The notes beneath the pieces are model-generated. The model saw nothing but the letters and a program-made list of their open reading frames with translations, was not told where the DNA came from and searched no databases. A DNA stretch of 63,886 nucleotides, filler included, from Reticulomyxa filosa (taxonomy: Eukaryota > Protista > Foraminifera): the NCBI GenBank assembly GCA_000512085.1. It is 18 parts of 18 records of this genome, joined end to end, with 100 filler letters (N's around TTAATTAATTAA, not from the genome) between each part and the next. Parts side by side here need not be neighbours in the genome. Positions count along the whole stretch, not along the records: positions 13,657 to 24,362 come from ASPP01005072.1; positions 24,463 to 30,727 come from ASPP01028080.1; 16 more parts are not named here. The stretch is one strand, 5' to 3'. Positions 13,657-26,770 of this stretch are shown in pieces. Both the position numbers and the translations under genes were made by a program. Every line of letters starts with the position of its first letter. The stretch's first letter is position 1.

Positions 13657-16600
13657 GAGTTGACTCCGGCTTCACCGATCGACGTTCGACTGTTCCGTTT
13701 TAGTGAGGACAAGAAACATTCTCAATGGGTGTGCTGGGGTTCTCCTTATGAAGGTGTTGGTAAGATCGGCTATGAGATGCAGTTTAGCAGCAATTACAAA
13801 GACGAAAAACACAAAATTTGTCGAGTCAATTGCTAATCCACTTGTCCCTAGCTCGCAAAGCTATCACTTCTTTGTATATACTCAATCCGAATTTGAAGGG
13901 ATTGAATACACTTCCAGTGCAAGTGATACCCTCGAAATCATCAGCGAAAACATAGTTCGAACAGAATCTCCATTCATGTATCACATTGTTTTGCTCACGA
14001 GTAAAGAATTAAAAAATGGTGAATATTATATGCAGCCGATTATTGATGGTTAATCAAATTTTTTTTTTTTTCTTAACTTTCGTATTACACAAATGTCAAC
14101 ACTTGTGTATTTGATTGGGTGCGCTTTATGTGTTATTGGATATGGGGGGGGGGGGGGGAAAAAAAAGGTGTGGAATCAGAAGTTCCCAATTTATTTGAAA
14201 AAATTGCAAGCGGTGCTAATGTGTATTGGTGTGTTTGGGATTCGAATCCATTCAAATCACAATCAAATAAATGGATAATGAAAATTAAAACATTTGAAAA
14301 TGTAAAACGAAACAATTATCAAATGACATGGATTTCAGACGAGCAATGGCGTATTGATCCAAATGTTCAAGTACTGATTGTTGATATTTCGGAAAAAAAA
14401 CTTCTTGGTCGCCACCAAGATGCTTATGGAGACTATCTCCTTGCAATTTTGGAATATTTGAGCTCGCGAATAAATGAGCCCATTCCTGTTGAAATAGCTC
14501 TTGAAGTATTGGACCAATATTTTCAGCATTGAGAAAAAAAAGGAGTCGACAAAAAAAAATTAATCAAAAAATTTGTGGATACTATTAAAACTGATTTGTC
14601 AACATTGATAAATGGAACTGATGCCCCACCTTGGGAAGGAGTTTTGTCCATTATCTTTATTTTTGATTTTGTTGAATGCATTAACAAAACTAAATTATTG
14701 CAACCTCAATAAAAAAAAATAAAAATAGGTACTCAATGGCCTGTTTGGATTTTGTGCGCAACTCCTTTATGCACCAGATCATTTACTTCCTGAATCCTAT
14801 TTTAAATTCTACAACTTTCTTTGCGAGTCAAAAATGGACCCAACGGTACCATTTTATCACAAACATTGCAATTTTTTTATTTAATCTTAATTGTTAACAA
14901 TTATTTTCATATCCGTGTGTGTGTGTGTGTGTGTGTGAAATAGGTTATAGCAAAGAGAATGGCGGCAATGGTTGGAGTTAAATTGGAAATGATTCAATCC
15001 GCGCTGTGCAAAAAAGCCAGTGAAAACGTAATGGGAGATGCGCGGTACCAACGGTTGTTGTGGTACAATCTGTTTGGTGCTATTTCTCCACCTCTACGAC
15101 AATTAGATCAAACCCATCAAATCAGAAAATTACCAATCTCTTTAACTATCCCAAGAATTGATATTTTGTCTTGTGTTGAAAAAGAAATGAAATTCTTTGG
15201 AAAGTTAAACCGCCCAATTCCATCAGAGGAATTTTATTTTTTTCATTTGCTGCGACACAGTCATGTACGTGCAGAGCCGGTGATCGATTGGATGAAAGAG
15301 AGTTAATTTCATTTTGAAAAATCTTTGAAAAAACAAATTGCACGTGAATTGTTGTTTACAAAAAAAAATATAAAATAAAATAAAAGTATTGGATTTAATG
15401 GAAAAACATCTATCTGGTGCGCCGGGAATAATGGCGAAGTTGTTCGATAAATACAAAGACGGATTGAAGAAATTAATTGATGGCTTAAAAAACTTTGAAT
15501 TGAGCATGAAAGTAATTGGAGAGATGGTTCGTCGAACCAAATCCAACGAAAATATTTTGAATATTGTAAATGCGTGGATTATTGATGATATAGTCCAGCA
15601 AATCCAAACGTCAAACGACGTCAATATTTTTTGTAATACTTTGCAATTGTTTTCAACTCCTTCCAATGCACTCATCTTCAAAATTTTGGAAAATCCGCAA
15701 TTGAGATCGGACAACCGGCTTTTACATTTTTATATCGACATCATGAAGGCTTGTCTGTTTTTTTTTTTTTTTGAAATTGTGATGACAAACAACATTAATG
15801 AAACTAAACTTTATTTTGTTTGTGTTGACAAGTCACCAAATCCTTTGCCTCAATTTCGATCGAAAATAGTCTCAATCTTTAGCATTTGGTTAAAAAAAAT
15901 GGGCTTATATTTTGTGTTGATCAAATTGTCCAACATAATTTGAATTGGGACTTATTCGAGTCCGTTCTCAAAAGCGTATCTATCTCCGAATATTTAAACA
16001 ATTCTTTTCTCGATAAACTGCATTTATTATCCATTGACTCCATGCCCCTCACTTGTTAAGTTTTTTTGAGATATCATAAAACAACGATTACACTAATAAC
16101 AAAAAAATGACAGTGAAACAAAAAATAATCAAAAGTATATCACATCAATGGGTAACAAAACCAACAAAGACTTCAAGACATAGACCAGGCACAGAACTTT
16201 TTTTGGATAAAAACGAGCAAATGGAGAGCATCAAACTAATTAAAAAGTGGGCAAAAGATGGATCATTATCGAAGCTTGCCGTGGAATTCATGGAACAATT
16301 ATTAGACAAAACAGATCTACTTCGTTGCGACCGTCCAACTGATCCTATCCTCTATTTTACTTCTGAAGAAGGGTTTCAATTGTTGCGGTTAAGTGAATAT
16401 AATACATTTATGTATTGTATGCATAATGTATATTTGCATATTTTGTGTCAAACTGTCTGTTTTAAAAAATAAAAGTCTCCTGCATGAATTAATGCCAAAT
16501 ATCAAAGTGAGTTTAATGGATAAGTATTGCTCATGGTTTGAACATTTGTGTACAAGCATTATGCAAGAAGAGATTAGCGTGGGATCAATGGAGATATTAG

Positions 16601-19600
16601 TAACGGACAGAAGACTAAAAAGGTTATTAAGTTTGTGGGAATCATTCGAGTTGAGAAGCGATGCAGTCAATGTTTCAGTTGTCACAAAATTGGCAGATGA
16701 ATTTGAAGAAATAACCAAAAACGTGGAGTTAATCAGCATTTTTTTTAATAAAAGTGGAATTTCAGCCGCTTTTTATGGCAAAGACTTGCAAGAATTACAT
16801 AAATCGTACACGGAAATGACACCAGCACAGAACTGGCCTCAATTGACTCTGAAAGAGGCACTCAAAAGAGATTGGACTTTGTTTAATGATTGGAGGAAAT
16901 ATTTCTTGGCTTTTGAAAAAGTCCAAATATCGGATATCTCTTTGTCGATGTGGACTTCATCTGTCTCACGTCTTGAATACTTGTGGAGCGTAGTTATGTT
17001 CCTTTTTGTTATCTATTTTGTGAAATGCTTGAGTTGTTCAATACACAAAAATATAGAAACCCTTTTCGAAGATAAACTTATACAAATTAGATGAATGGGT
17101 GAGAGAAAAAGTAAGAGAACTTGTAAGGGATTTGGACGATTTTGATTTGGAAAAGTACGTTCACAGATTTTTTGAACAAGAGATTGATGGACAAAAAATT
17201 GATAGCCATGATTGGAACGAACAAAAGTCTATTGCAGGCATTGTATCCAAATGAAAAAGTTGGCACAAATGAAACAACGATCACATCTCGTTTGTGGGAA
17301 GCCATTCAACAGAAAGTTTTCTTTTTTTTTTTCACTTTTATATATTATATTTACATAAGATTACATTCAATATCATTAACAGACACTAACTCAATAAATG
17401 AATAAATGAATAAATAAATAAAAAAGAAAGAGGAACTTGCAAAGACATTGGAACAATATCCACCAACTCAACGACAGTTTCATTCCGGAACGGTAGTGGA
17501 CATCTTAACCAAAGTCAGAGACAATTTCAAGACTACAATGACAAAATTGAAGGATAAGACTATCACTGGATCGGCAATATCCACGGATTTTGGTTTGTTG
17601 CGGGGAAAACAATTGGAGGAAATTTGTCGGCAAGTTCGACATATGTTCCAACCTCATAATGACACCATTGAAAAATTGGTATTGTCTGCAGTGGAACAAA
17701 ATGAAATGGGCTGTACCTTTCTTCAACCTCCGATACAAATTGAATCAGTTCAATCAGAAGTTATTACTATTGGACTAATCATGAGAATCTTTAACTTCAA
17801 AATGCCATCCATAAAGCATCAAGGAGATGACAATCAAGAGAGAGTACTTGTGCGTGTTATTAAAAGTGAAATTGCACGGGTGATGGACGCAGAGGGAAGT
17901 GAGTCTGTCAGAGGCAATTCGATTCGATGGACCAATATCATGCAAGCATGCGAACTTTCCGAAAATTTGGAGAATTGGCTGAAATTTATAACATATCACG
18001 CAATTTTAAAGAAAACCGGAAGCATGTGGAAACACAGAATTGATGAATATGATCAAATTGGAACCAATTTGGAACACGTGTTTAAGTGTCTCGATGGCGT
18101 GGACGCATTGAAATTGCTCAGAGATGTTACAAATACATTTAGTCTTTTGTACAAACGAGAAACAAAACCTGATTGGGAAGATAAAGAATGGCAACGAAAA
18201 AAAGCTTTGTTGAGATCATTTGACAATATTGAAATGAAAAATATTCTTACCTTTTGGCAAATCAATAAGTTGCTTTTCTTTTGGAAGATGAAACAGAAAA
18301 AAGAGAGGGATTACTATTTGAAAGGAACACATGCACTACAAAACTACTATTTTTTGAAAACATAGAAATGCTCTGCCAGGTGTTTCTCCTCTTCAGATGG
18401 ATTGGCTGAAATTAATGGCAAGCAATGGAAAAGTAGTGAAAGAGTGTTATATCATGTTCCAGAGTGACGAACGATTCCACGAACATTTGAAAAACTTTGC
18501 TGAAAACGACCCCGTCCAACATCGACGAAGCACCAGTTTGATGGATGTGCGCACTTTTGTAGTCGATTTTCTTAGAACTGATTTTGATAACATTACGGCA
18601 ATGTTACAGAAATTGTTGCGATATGTTGAACACAAGGTGAGCAAAGAAAAAATTGACAATCTCAACACAATCTGTTTGTCATGGAACACAATTGTCCAAG
18701 ACATAATGGATCCACAAGGTTGGCTCCATCAGAAAGATAAGGAATTGCTTGAGACCATCGAAAGTGTGTATTTTTGTGAAGACAAGATACCAAATTTACA
18801 GATCAAATGTTCTTTGCCTGCAAAAGTTTCTGCCAACAAAGAAGAAAAGAAAGATGAATCCAAATCAGATGATTTGATGACACAAGAGACTTTTGAGCAG
18901 TTGACGGATCGATTGTTAATGTATATGACAGGTGACGCCAGTGGCGTAGACACTGAAGTATTGACACAAAAAGGATTTAGTGGAATGACATCCGAAGATA
19001 CCGTCAATTGGTTGCAAACGCATAAAAAACAAATACCATCAATGGACACGGATACATTTAGTGTAGTGCTAAAACGAATTAGCTTGCAAAGCATAAGCGG
19101 CAGGGTGTTGTGCAGTTTTATCAAAAAAAATGCGCGTGATATTAGAAATATATTGGTTGGACAAGATGCTCATCCTTCCGTCAATGTAGAGCAGATTGTG
19201 ACCGAATTGACAAAAATCATTAAATTTGAAATGCTCAAAGAAAAAATCAAAAATGATTTGATTCCGAAATTCGATATTTTTAAAAATATCGCAAAAAAAA
19301 GAATGGAATATCATGCATTGGGTGGTAGAGAAGGATTAGATGATGAGCAAATTATCGAATTCAAAAAAAGTGAAACAGAGATCAAAGGGATTGAAGAGCA
19401 ATGGGGAAAACGTTTGTCGCGATGGAGTGCCTATGTCGCAGATCTTCGAAAGAGATACAACGTTTTATCATATTTCACTGTCAATGACATGCGATCGTTA
19501 AATACTAATTTGCAAAAGTATTTCCAACAGGGTAATAAAATCGATTTGCTTGCGGATATTGCATCAAAGATATCTTTTATTAATCCAAATCTGAGCATTA

Positions 19601-22600
19601 GGGATATTGAACAAAGCATCAATTTAAAAAAACAGTGGAATGCAGATGTAAAAGATTGGTTATATCAATTGGGTGAATTTTTATCAAATTCCAAAGCACA
19701 ACGTTGAAACAAGAAATGTTCACAAGTATTTAAAAACAGGACAACCTCATTTGTTTACTTGCAGTGATGTCCAGGTATTATCTCATTTGATTAAATTGTA
19801 TTTGACCCAAGGAGAGCCACCAACTTCAAGTCGGGTATTGTTCTGTGATCATTCTACTTCCATGGAACAACTTGAATGTTTTTTGAATCGAAGCACGGAC
19901 ACCAATCTCCAAACATCAGTGGTGGGTCGTTTGCATTGCTTGGTGCTCCCCGAATTGTTGACTCGATCCATTCAACAACAATTGATAAAGATTCTTCCTT
20001 CTTATACTCGAAAACCTCGTTATCTATTGGTTGTGATTAGCACAAATAGTCAATGTTTTGTTGCTCAGGAATTGAGTTTGTATCGTAATACTGAAATACC
20101 AATTTTGCAACAACAAGAAAGTAAAGAATTTTATTCGACTGTATTTTGTGACAATTTTGAAAAATTTCGTGAAAAACAGAATAACGCACCATTCGTGACA
20201 GTCTTTTTCTCTCAACAGCCATGCGTTGGAAAATCATATACTATTTCACAATGGGCAAAAAAGTTGGATTTGAAACCAAAATGCTTTGTTCATGTCCCAA
20301 TTAATACATTTGTAGTCGATACAGATTTCATTGTCAACCGATTACTCCAGGCTCCTTCCACCACTGATGATTTGATTGTATTTCATATTAATATTTCCAG
20401 TCAAGCTGGGAAAGATGTAAACACATTAATGTTTCAATTGCTTGTTTTGCGTTATATTGTCAGCCAAGAAGGAAAGGGCTTCACTGTACGTAAAAATCAT
20501 GCATTTTTAGTAGAATTACCAACGGAATTGTCGAACACACATAAAAACACATCGTTAACGAATGTGTTTGATTGGTTTTATTTTTTTGGAGATCGTATCA
20601 AGGATTTGTCAATTCCTTTTCTTGAAATCATTGATGAAATGAGGATTATCAAGCCTAGATTTGACAAATTTGAAATCAATAAATTTCATATTTCTCCAAA
20701 AGAAATGTTCGTATTAAAGTACCTGGATGCACTGGATACAGATTTATTAAAACCTGAGGATATTTCCACAAAGGAAGTATTCATGATAACATACTTTGAT
20801 CAAAGCAAGTTAAAGACTCAAAATGACTGGGACTACACAAAGCATCCAGATATTAACAAAACAAGAATGATGGAATTGATTACCAAATATGCATCAGCAG
20901 GTACTCGATCTTTTAATATGTTCATATACATACACACAAACTGCAATTTTTGTCCAATTAACTATTACTACTATAATTACTACAATGTTGTTTGCGATGT
21001 TTTAGCCAAAGAGAGTTTGGTGCAATTGAAATCGTTTTTGCAGTTTTTGTACAAACAATTGGTCCAATTAAACCAATTTTTGTACATCAAACGTCAATAT
21101 GCACCGAGTGATAAAAGACATCTTATCCCTTTACATGTAATGATTGCTACATCGCTTGTGAAATTCGCTGCTCATATTGCTTGTGACACTTACGAAGGAC
21201 GTAATGGTGGCGAAGTGGATGAAGACGAAAAATCCAAAGATATTGAAGAAGCTGAAGGAAAAAAAGAATTTCTTTTGGTACAATTGTGGAAAAAAGCAGA
21301 TCCACCAATGGTGTTATTTAATCAGCTTGCAATTACAGATTCCGTTCAAATTCACATGCAAAAGACGAGTTTAGATGAAGACTTGAAATTAATGGAAAAA
21401 AAAATGGAGCACACCTTGTCGCTGCTGTCAGTGAATTTGAGAAAAAATAAACATCTCCATGCGGATGAGTGGAGATTACTTATGAAACAATATTCATGGG
21501 ATCTTTATAACTTTGAAGATGAAGATTCACAATACAAACCATTGCCAAATACCAAAAAAAATGAGGAAAAAGAAAAAGAAAAAAAAGACCTAAGTGATCA
21601 AATGAAAAAATTACAGCTGTTATTACAAATCTGTGGCGGATTCACATCCAAACATGAAGAAAAAAGAGAAGAGCAAATGGAAGAAATCCTAAAGAAACAC
21701 GGCGATTATGCATTAACCTTTGACAATATTTTGAAAATGGTGGCAATATTTTTCCGAATTAAGTCAGGCATTCCTGTTTTGATCATGGGAGAAACAGGAT
21801 GTGGCAAAACCAAATTACTCAAAGTCATGGCTGATGTCTTGGGTCTTGAAATGGCATCCATCGATGTCCATGGAGGATATACCATTCAAGATTTGCAAAA
21901 TGATTTGGCAAAACCATTGAAACAAGCCAAGGAACGACCCGAAATAACACATTTGATATTTTTGGATGAAATCAATACCAGTCCTGAAATTAGCACATTT
22001 AAAGAGGTGATATGTGATCACAGTTTGAACGGAGAGGTATTTCCAGACAACATAGTTGTTATCGCTGCATTACATCCATATCGATCTCACCACAGGTCGC
22101 AAGACGAACTCAAAGACGAGAAAGAAGAAGAAAAGAATATCCCAAAATTTTATTTGGATGATTTAGACAAAGAAATGTGCCAATTGGTGTATCGTGTATT
22201 TCCATTGCCCAAATCACTGCGAGCATATGTGTGGAATTTTGGATCATTATCGGCATCTGATGAAAAGCAATACATTGCCGTAATGACATCAAACACTTGG
22301 ACAAAACAAGAATTCCTAGGTTCAACTACGATATCACCTCAGCAATTGGATGAATTGAAAACATTGTTTGTGGAGTTGATATGTATTTCTCAGAAATTTG
22401 TGAGAGACAGTTTAAAAGATCGAAGTGTGTGCTCACTACGTGATGTTCGACGTGCCAACTCATTGTTCTTGTGGTTCTTCAAAAATCGAGAGACAATTGG
22501 CACTGCTTACAGCATCCTTGAAGCGATTACTTTATCTCTTGCGCAGTGTTATTACTATCGCTTGAATCAACCACAAAGAGAGAAATACAATAAATTAATT

Positions 22601-24362
22601 TCCACAGAAACTATGGAATGTAATACTGATATTAAATTGGATTTAATTGTCAAACGTGAACAAGACAGGTTTGGCTAACAAAGATTAACAATTTTATTTG
22701 TCAATAAAACTGTATATTTTTGTTTGTTTATAGATACATTCGAGCATTGACAATTCCTCCTGGCATTGCCACCAATCGTGCATTTTCAGAAAACTTGTTT
22801 GTAATGTTGGTCGGATTGGCAACCAAAACACCAACTATCATCGTTGGAAGACCTGGTTTTGATATATTCACGCTCTCTTTTTTATGACATTATTTGAATA
22901 TAAACATCTTTGAAATTTTGATTGACTAATACTTGTAGGTTCTTCAAAGACTCTTGCCATGGCCACGGTTCACAGCAATCTGTCCTCTGCAAGCAAGAGT
23001 AAGCAACTAACTGAAATGGGATATGATGACTTCTTTGTGGTTCGTCTTTTTTTTCAAGTATTTATTGCATGTTGTATGCAAAAATAAATCTTTTGAAATA
23101 CACAGATATCATTCCAATGCTCAAAGTTAACCACAGCCGATTTAATTAAGAAGAGATGGGATGATGCTGTAGAATTTCAAGATACACTTCGAAAAGTAGC
23201 AAAGCAAAAAGAAGGAGATAAAAAAAAGGATCCAATATCTCCTGCGGGAAACGCTGCGAACGCAACATCGAATCGCAGTGTCGTATTATGGCTGGACGAA
23301 GTTGGCTTAGCGGAACACAGTCCTCATCGGCCTTTGAAAGTATTGCATAAATTATTGGAAGATGGCAATCCAACAATTGCTTTTATTGGATTAAGTAATT
23401 GGAAATTGGATGCAGCAAAGATGAATCGAATGGTACTGCATCAAGTGACACAACCAGATGATCAAGAACTAGTCCACACTGCGCAGGCTATATTGAACGA
23501 AAAGAGCGAAGGAGAAAATGACACCTTGCAACAACAGCTTAATGCAAAGATACAAAACATTACACGATTTTATGACAGTGTGATGACTGATCAGAACAAT
23601 TCCCCATTCCAATTTGATTTTTATAGTTACAGAGACTTTTATTCGTTGATTGGTTATTTGAAGTTCATTTGTCAAACACGTGGTCGTTTATCCAATGCGT
23701 TGTTGGTGGAAAGCATTATGCGAAACTTTGGTGGAATGACCAAAGAACAAACAGAAGCCTATCTGTTCCCAAAAATTGCTCAATGTTTTTATAATGGTGC
23801 TTTGCCAGTATCGGAATTTATTTGGAAAGATGTTTCACCTTTACAATTAATCCGACTTAATATTGAACAAACACAACATCCAAAGACGCCATCTATGCGA
23901 AACATTATGCTTATCACTGAGTCTCCAGTAATGTGGAAAATTTTATTTGACAGTGGCATTGCCATGACAGAATCAACAGAAGTCATTTTTGGTAGCAAGT
24001 TCCCTGGGGATATCCATTCCACGATTCATTTGTATCGAACTATTGAGAAAGTCAGAAATGCCATGGCCACTGGCAAAACTTGTATTTTGTTGAAACTGGA
24101 GCAATTGTATGATTCATTGTATGATGTGCTCAATCAAAGATACCAAACTGTCGATGGACAAAAGTTATCTTGTTTATTTATTCTTGTTTTATTTTATTAA
24201 TTTATGTATTGTCATTTGATTAATGTTGTTGTTTGTTGAAATCACAGATTTTGTCAAATCTGTGTTGGTGGAGAGTCAATCCGTTGTCGAATTGCGAAAA
24301 ACTTTCGATGTATTGTGGTGGTGCCTAGGGAAGAGGCATTCCATGAAGTTAAATCAATCAAA
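13657..24362 (+). CDS. RNF213/mysterin-like giant multi-AAA+ ATPase (both ends truncated, multi-exon)
   Basis: YALTFDNILKMVAIFFRIKSGIPVLIMGETGCGKT (Walker A, 21788-21811), IFLDEINT, LVYRVFPLPKSL, VWNFGSL, CSLRDVRR. Second ATPase: IATNRAFSENLFVM...IIVGRPG/SSKT (intron 22856-22938), SFQCS, VLWLDEVGLAEHSPHRPLKVLHKLLE, FIGLSNWKLDAAKMNR, FGSKFPGD, LYDSLYDVLNQRY. The motif order matches RNF213. Confidence 0.9.
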
Positions 24363-24471
24363 NNNNNNNNNNNNNNNNNNNNNNNNNNNNNNNNNNNNNN
24401 NNNNNNTTAATTAATTAANNNNNNNNNNNNNNNNNNNNNNNNNNNNNNNNNNNNNNNNNNNNTTTTTTTCC

Positions 24472-24502
<31 letters not shown>

Positions 24503-24679
24503 TAAAAAAAAATGCCCCTTTCTTTCATTCCCGGCAATATATTAATTATGTTCATTGCCAGTGTAGCAATGCGTATAGTGATGTTACTATTGTGGTGTTG
24601 TTGTTTGTAGTATACGTGTAAATCATTACATACCTATGTTCTTACAATTATTGATCCTGAGCAAAAAAAAAAAAAAAAA

Positions 24680-25723
24680 AAAAAAAAGGTTTCGTATGCC
24701 ATCGTACGTAGATTACATCTATCTGAAGCAGGAGCTTCGATCCTTATTGAGTTGGTTACTTTATGTGATGGTTATGTACATATTGTTTAGCATAACACTG
24801 GCAGTTGATAATGGTCGCAACTTGAACTACTTTTGGACAGGCTGCATATTCAACCCGACTTTTGCGTGTTTGATTTTAGTTGTGCAATGACTGCAACGTA
24901 TCAAGTATTGAAATGGAATAGTATGTTGCCGTTCATGGCTCGTCATCGTCGTACCTTGGCGGATGCATCAGTGTTGGGCGTGCACCGCCAAGAAAGTGAG
25001 CAAATAAATCGCAAGCAAGCTACTTTGACCACTATGTTCAATATTCATCATTCCAAATCTGCTGGTGGGACCTCGGTACGTATTACAAGCACTTCCGAGA
25101 GCCGTCTCTCACTTTTGGACATTCTCAACCATATCCATTCATTACAACTTTTTATGGATTTTTTGTTCCATGAATTCTCACAAGAAAATTTGTTGGGTTT
25201 GTCACCCTCTTTTATGTGTGTTTCGAGAGTTGTTGTTTTGTTTTGCTTGATATGAGCCCTACTTTTTGTTGAGTGCTCTTTGCTTTTATACCATTTACAA
25301 ATATACAATATTATACGTATTTTTTGGTTGACACCATAAACCGGAAAAAAACAAAAAAAAGCACTGATTGAATTAGTCCAGTTCAGAACTCATTTGGATA
25401 AGGAAAGAGAAAGTGAAATTCGGCTGCCTCTGGAAATTGTACGATCGGAAATCGTTTTTAGCGAAACAAAAAATGAGAGTGAGAAATTCCAGCAATTGAT
25501 TGAAAAGTACATTTTGGCTAATGCCCCCTTTTGCTTGAACATACCTTTTGCACATAGAGCGAAGTTGATCGCTCTTTATAATAGTCCTCAAATTCATCAA
25601 CTATCTGCTCAACAATTAAGCACCGTATTTGATGAATGTGTTGCTGAAATCCTTGTATTGATGCGCGACTCATTCTCTCGATTCAAATTCACAAATATGT
25701 ATACTAAATTATGTGAAGTTTAA
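24680..25723 (+). CDS. Transmembrane + RGS domain protein (7TM-RGS-like, 5' partial)
   Basis: Hydrophobic helices (DYIYLKQELRSLLSWLLYVMVMYILF; WTGCIFNPTFACLILVV) precede RGS motifs: LLDILNHIHSLQLFMDFLFHEFSQENLL/ALIELVQF, IEKYILANAPFCLNIP, VFDECVAEILVLMRDSFSRF. Confidence 0.85.
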
Positions 25724-26770
25724 AATCTTGGAAAGAAACAACAAAAAAACTGACATCATGATACCCATGAGTGATTGTACGATGTTTCCTTTGGTTTTTT
25801 TTTGGGTAGAAGAGTGTTTTTCAAATAGTTTAATCTGTGCAGTGTTCATAGTGATTTTTTTTGTTTGATTTCTTTCTCTATTGATTTTCTTTTCACATTC
25901 GAAGCGGAAATTGAAATATAATGAAAATTCTAAAATGACGATTGATATTTTGTGAATGATTTTCAAATGAAGCAATATCTGCATTAAGCAATTCTTATTG
26001 TGTTATCTTCTTTTTTCATAAAACAAAAATTTAATTTGTATCTTAATGTATCCCTTCATAATGTGTCGAAGGTATACACTTTATAAAAAAAAATAAGGTT
26101 TTCAAATAAGCTAGAAATAGTCGCAGTTCTTTCTGACGGGTTGCCTATAACAAAGTGTTTTAAAAATCTTAACTGATCGTATGAAATCTGTTTAATAATT
26201 ATTTTGAATAAAAGCATGATTGTCAATATTAATTGGATTTTTACCAATCGCTCAAACTAGTTGCTATTACACAACCTTTACATTGGACACGCTCAAAATT
26301 ATATATTTTATTGCAACGTCACACACATCTTTAAGATAATCTATAATTTGTAGCGATGTAGGCAAAAAAGTGTTTAGACTTGAAAAGTAACAAAATTGTC
26401 CAAGTTGCCAAATCATACACAAAAAAAACTAAAGAAAACAGACAGAAAAAAAAGAACAATTCATGACACAAAAAGATCGGAAAATAAGAAAAAATGAAGA
26501 AAAACGAGCCAACAAATAAAAAAAAGTTGAAAAAAGATGCAAAAAATCCACACACAAAAGGATAGAAACAAAACAAAAAAACTCTTGCACAAATGCGCAA
26601 AAAAGTACTCTCATTTATGCATATTGAGCAAATTGTTGGACCGGTCCGGCTCAAATGTTTTAATGTTTTTTCACTACTAGGAAATACAAAGTAACAAATT
26701 AAAAAAATAGTATTTTATTGATTATTGTTGTTATCATTGTTTAAGTAAAGAATTTTCCCAGAGACTTCCT

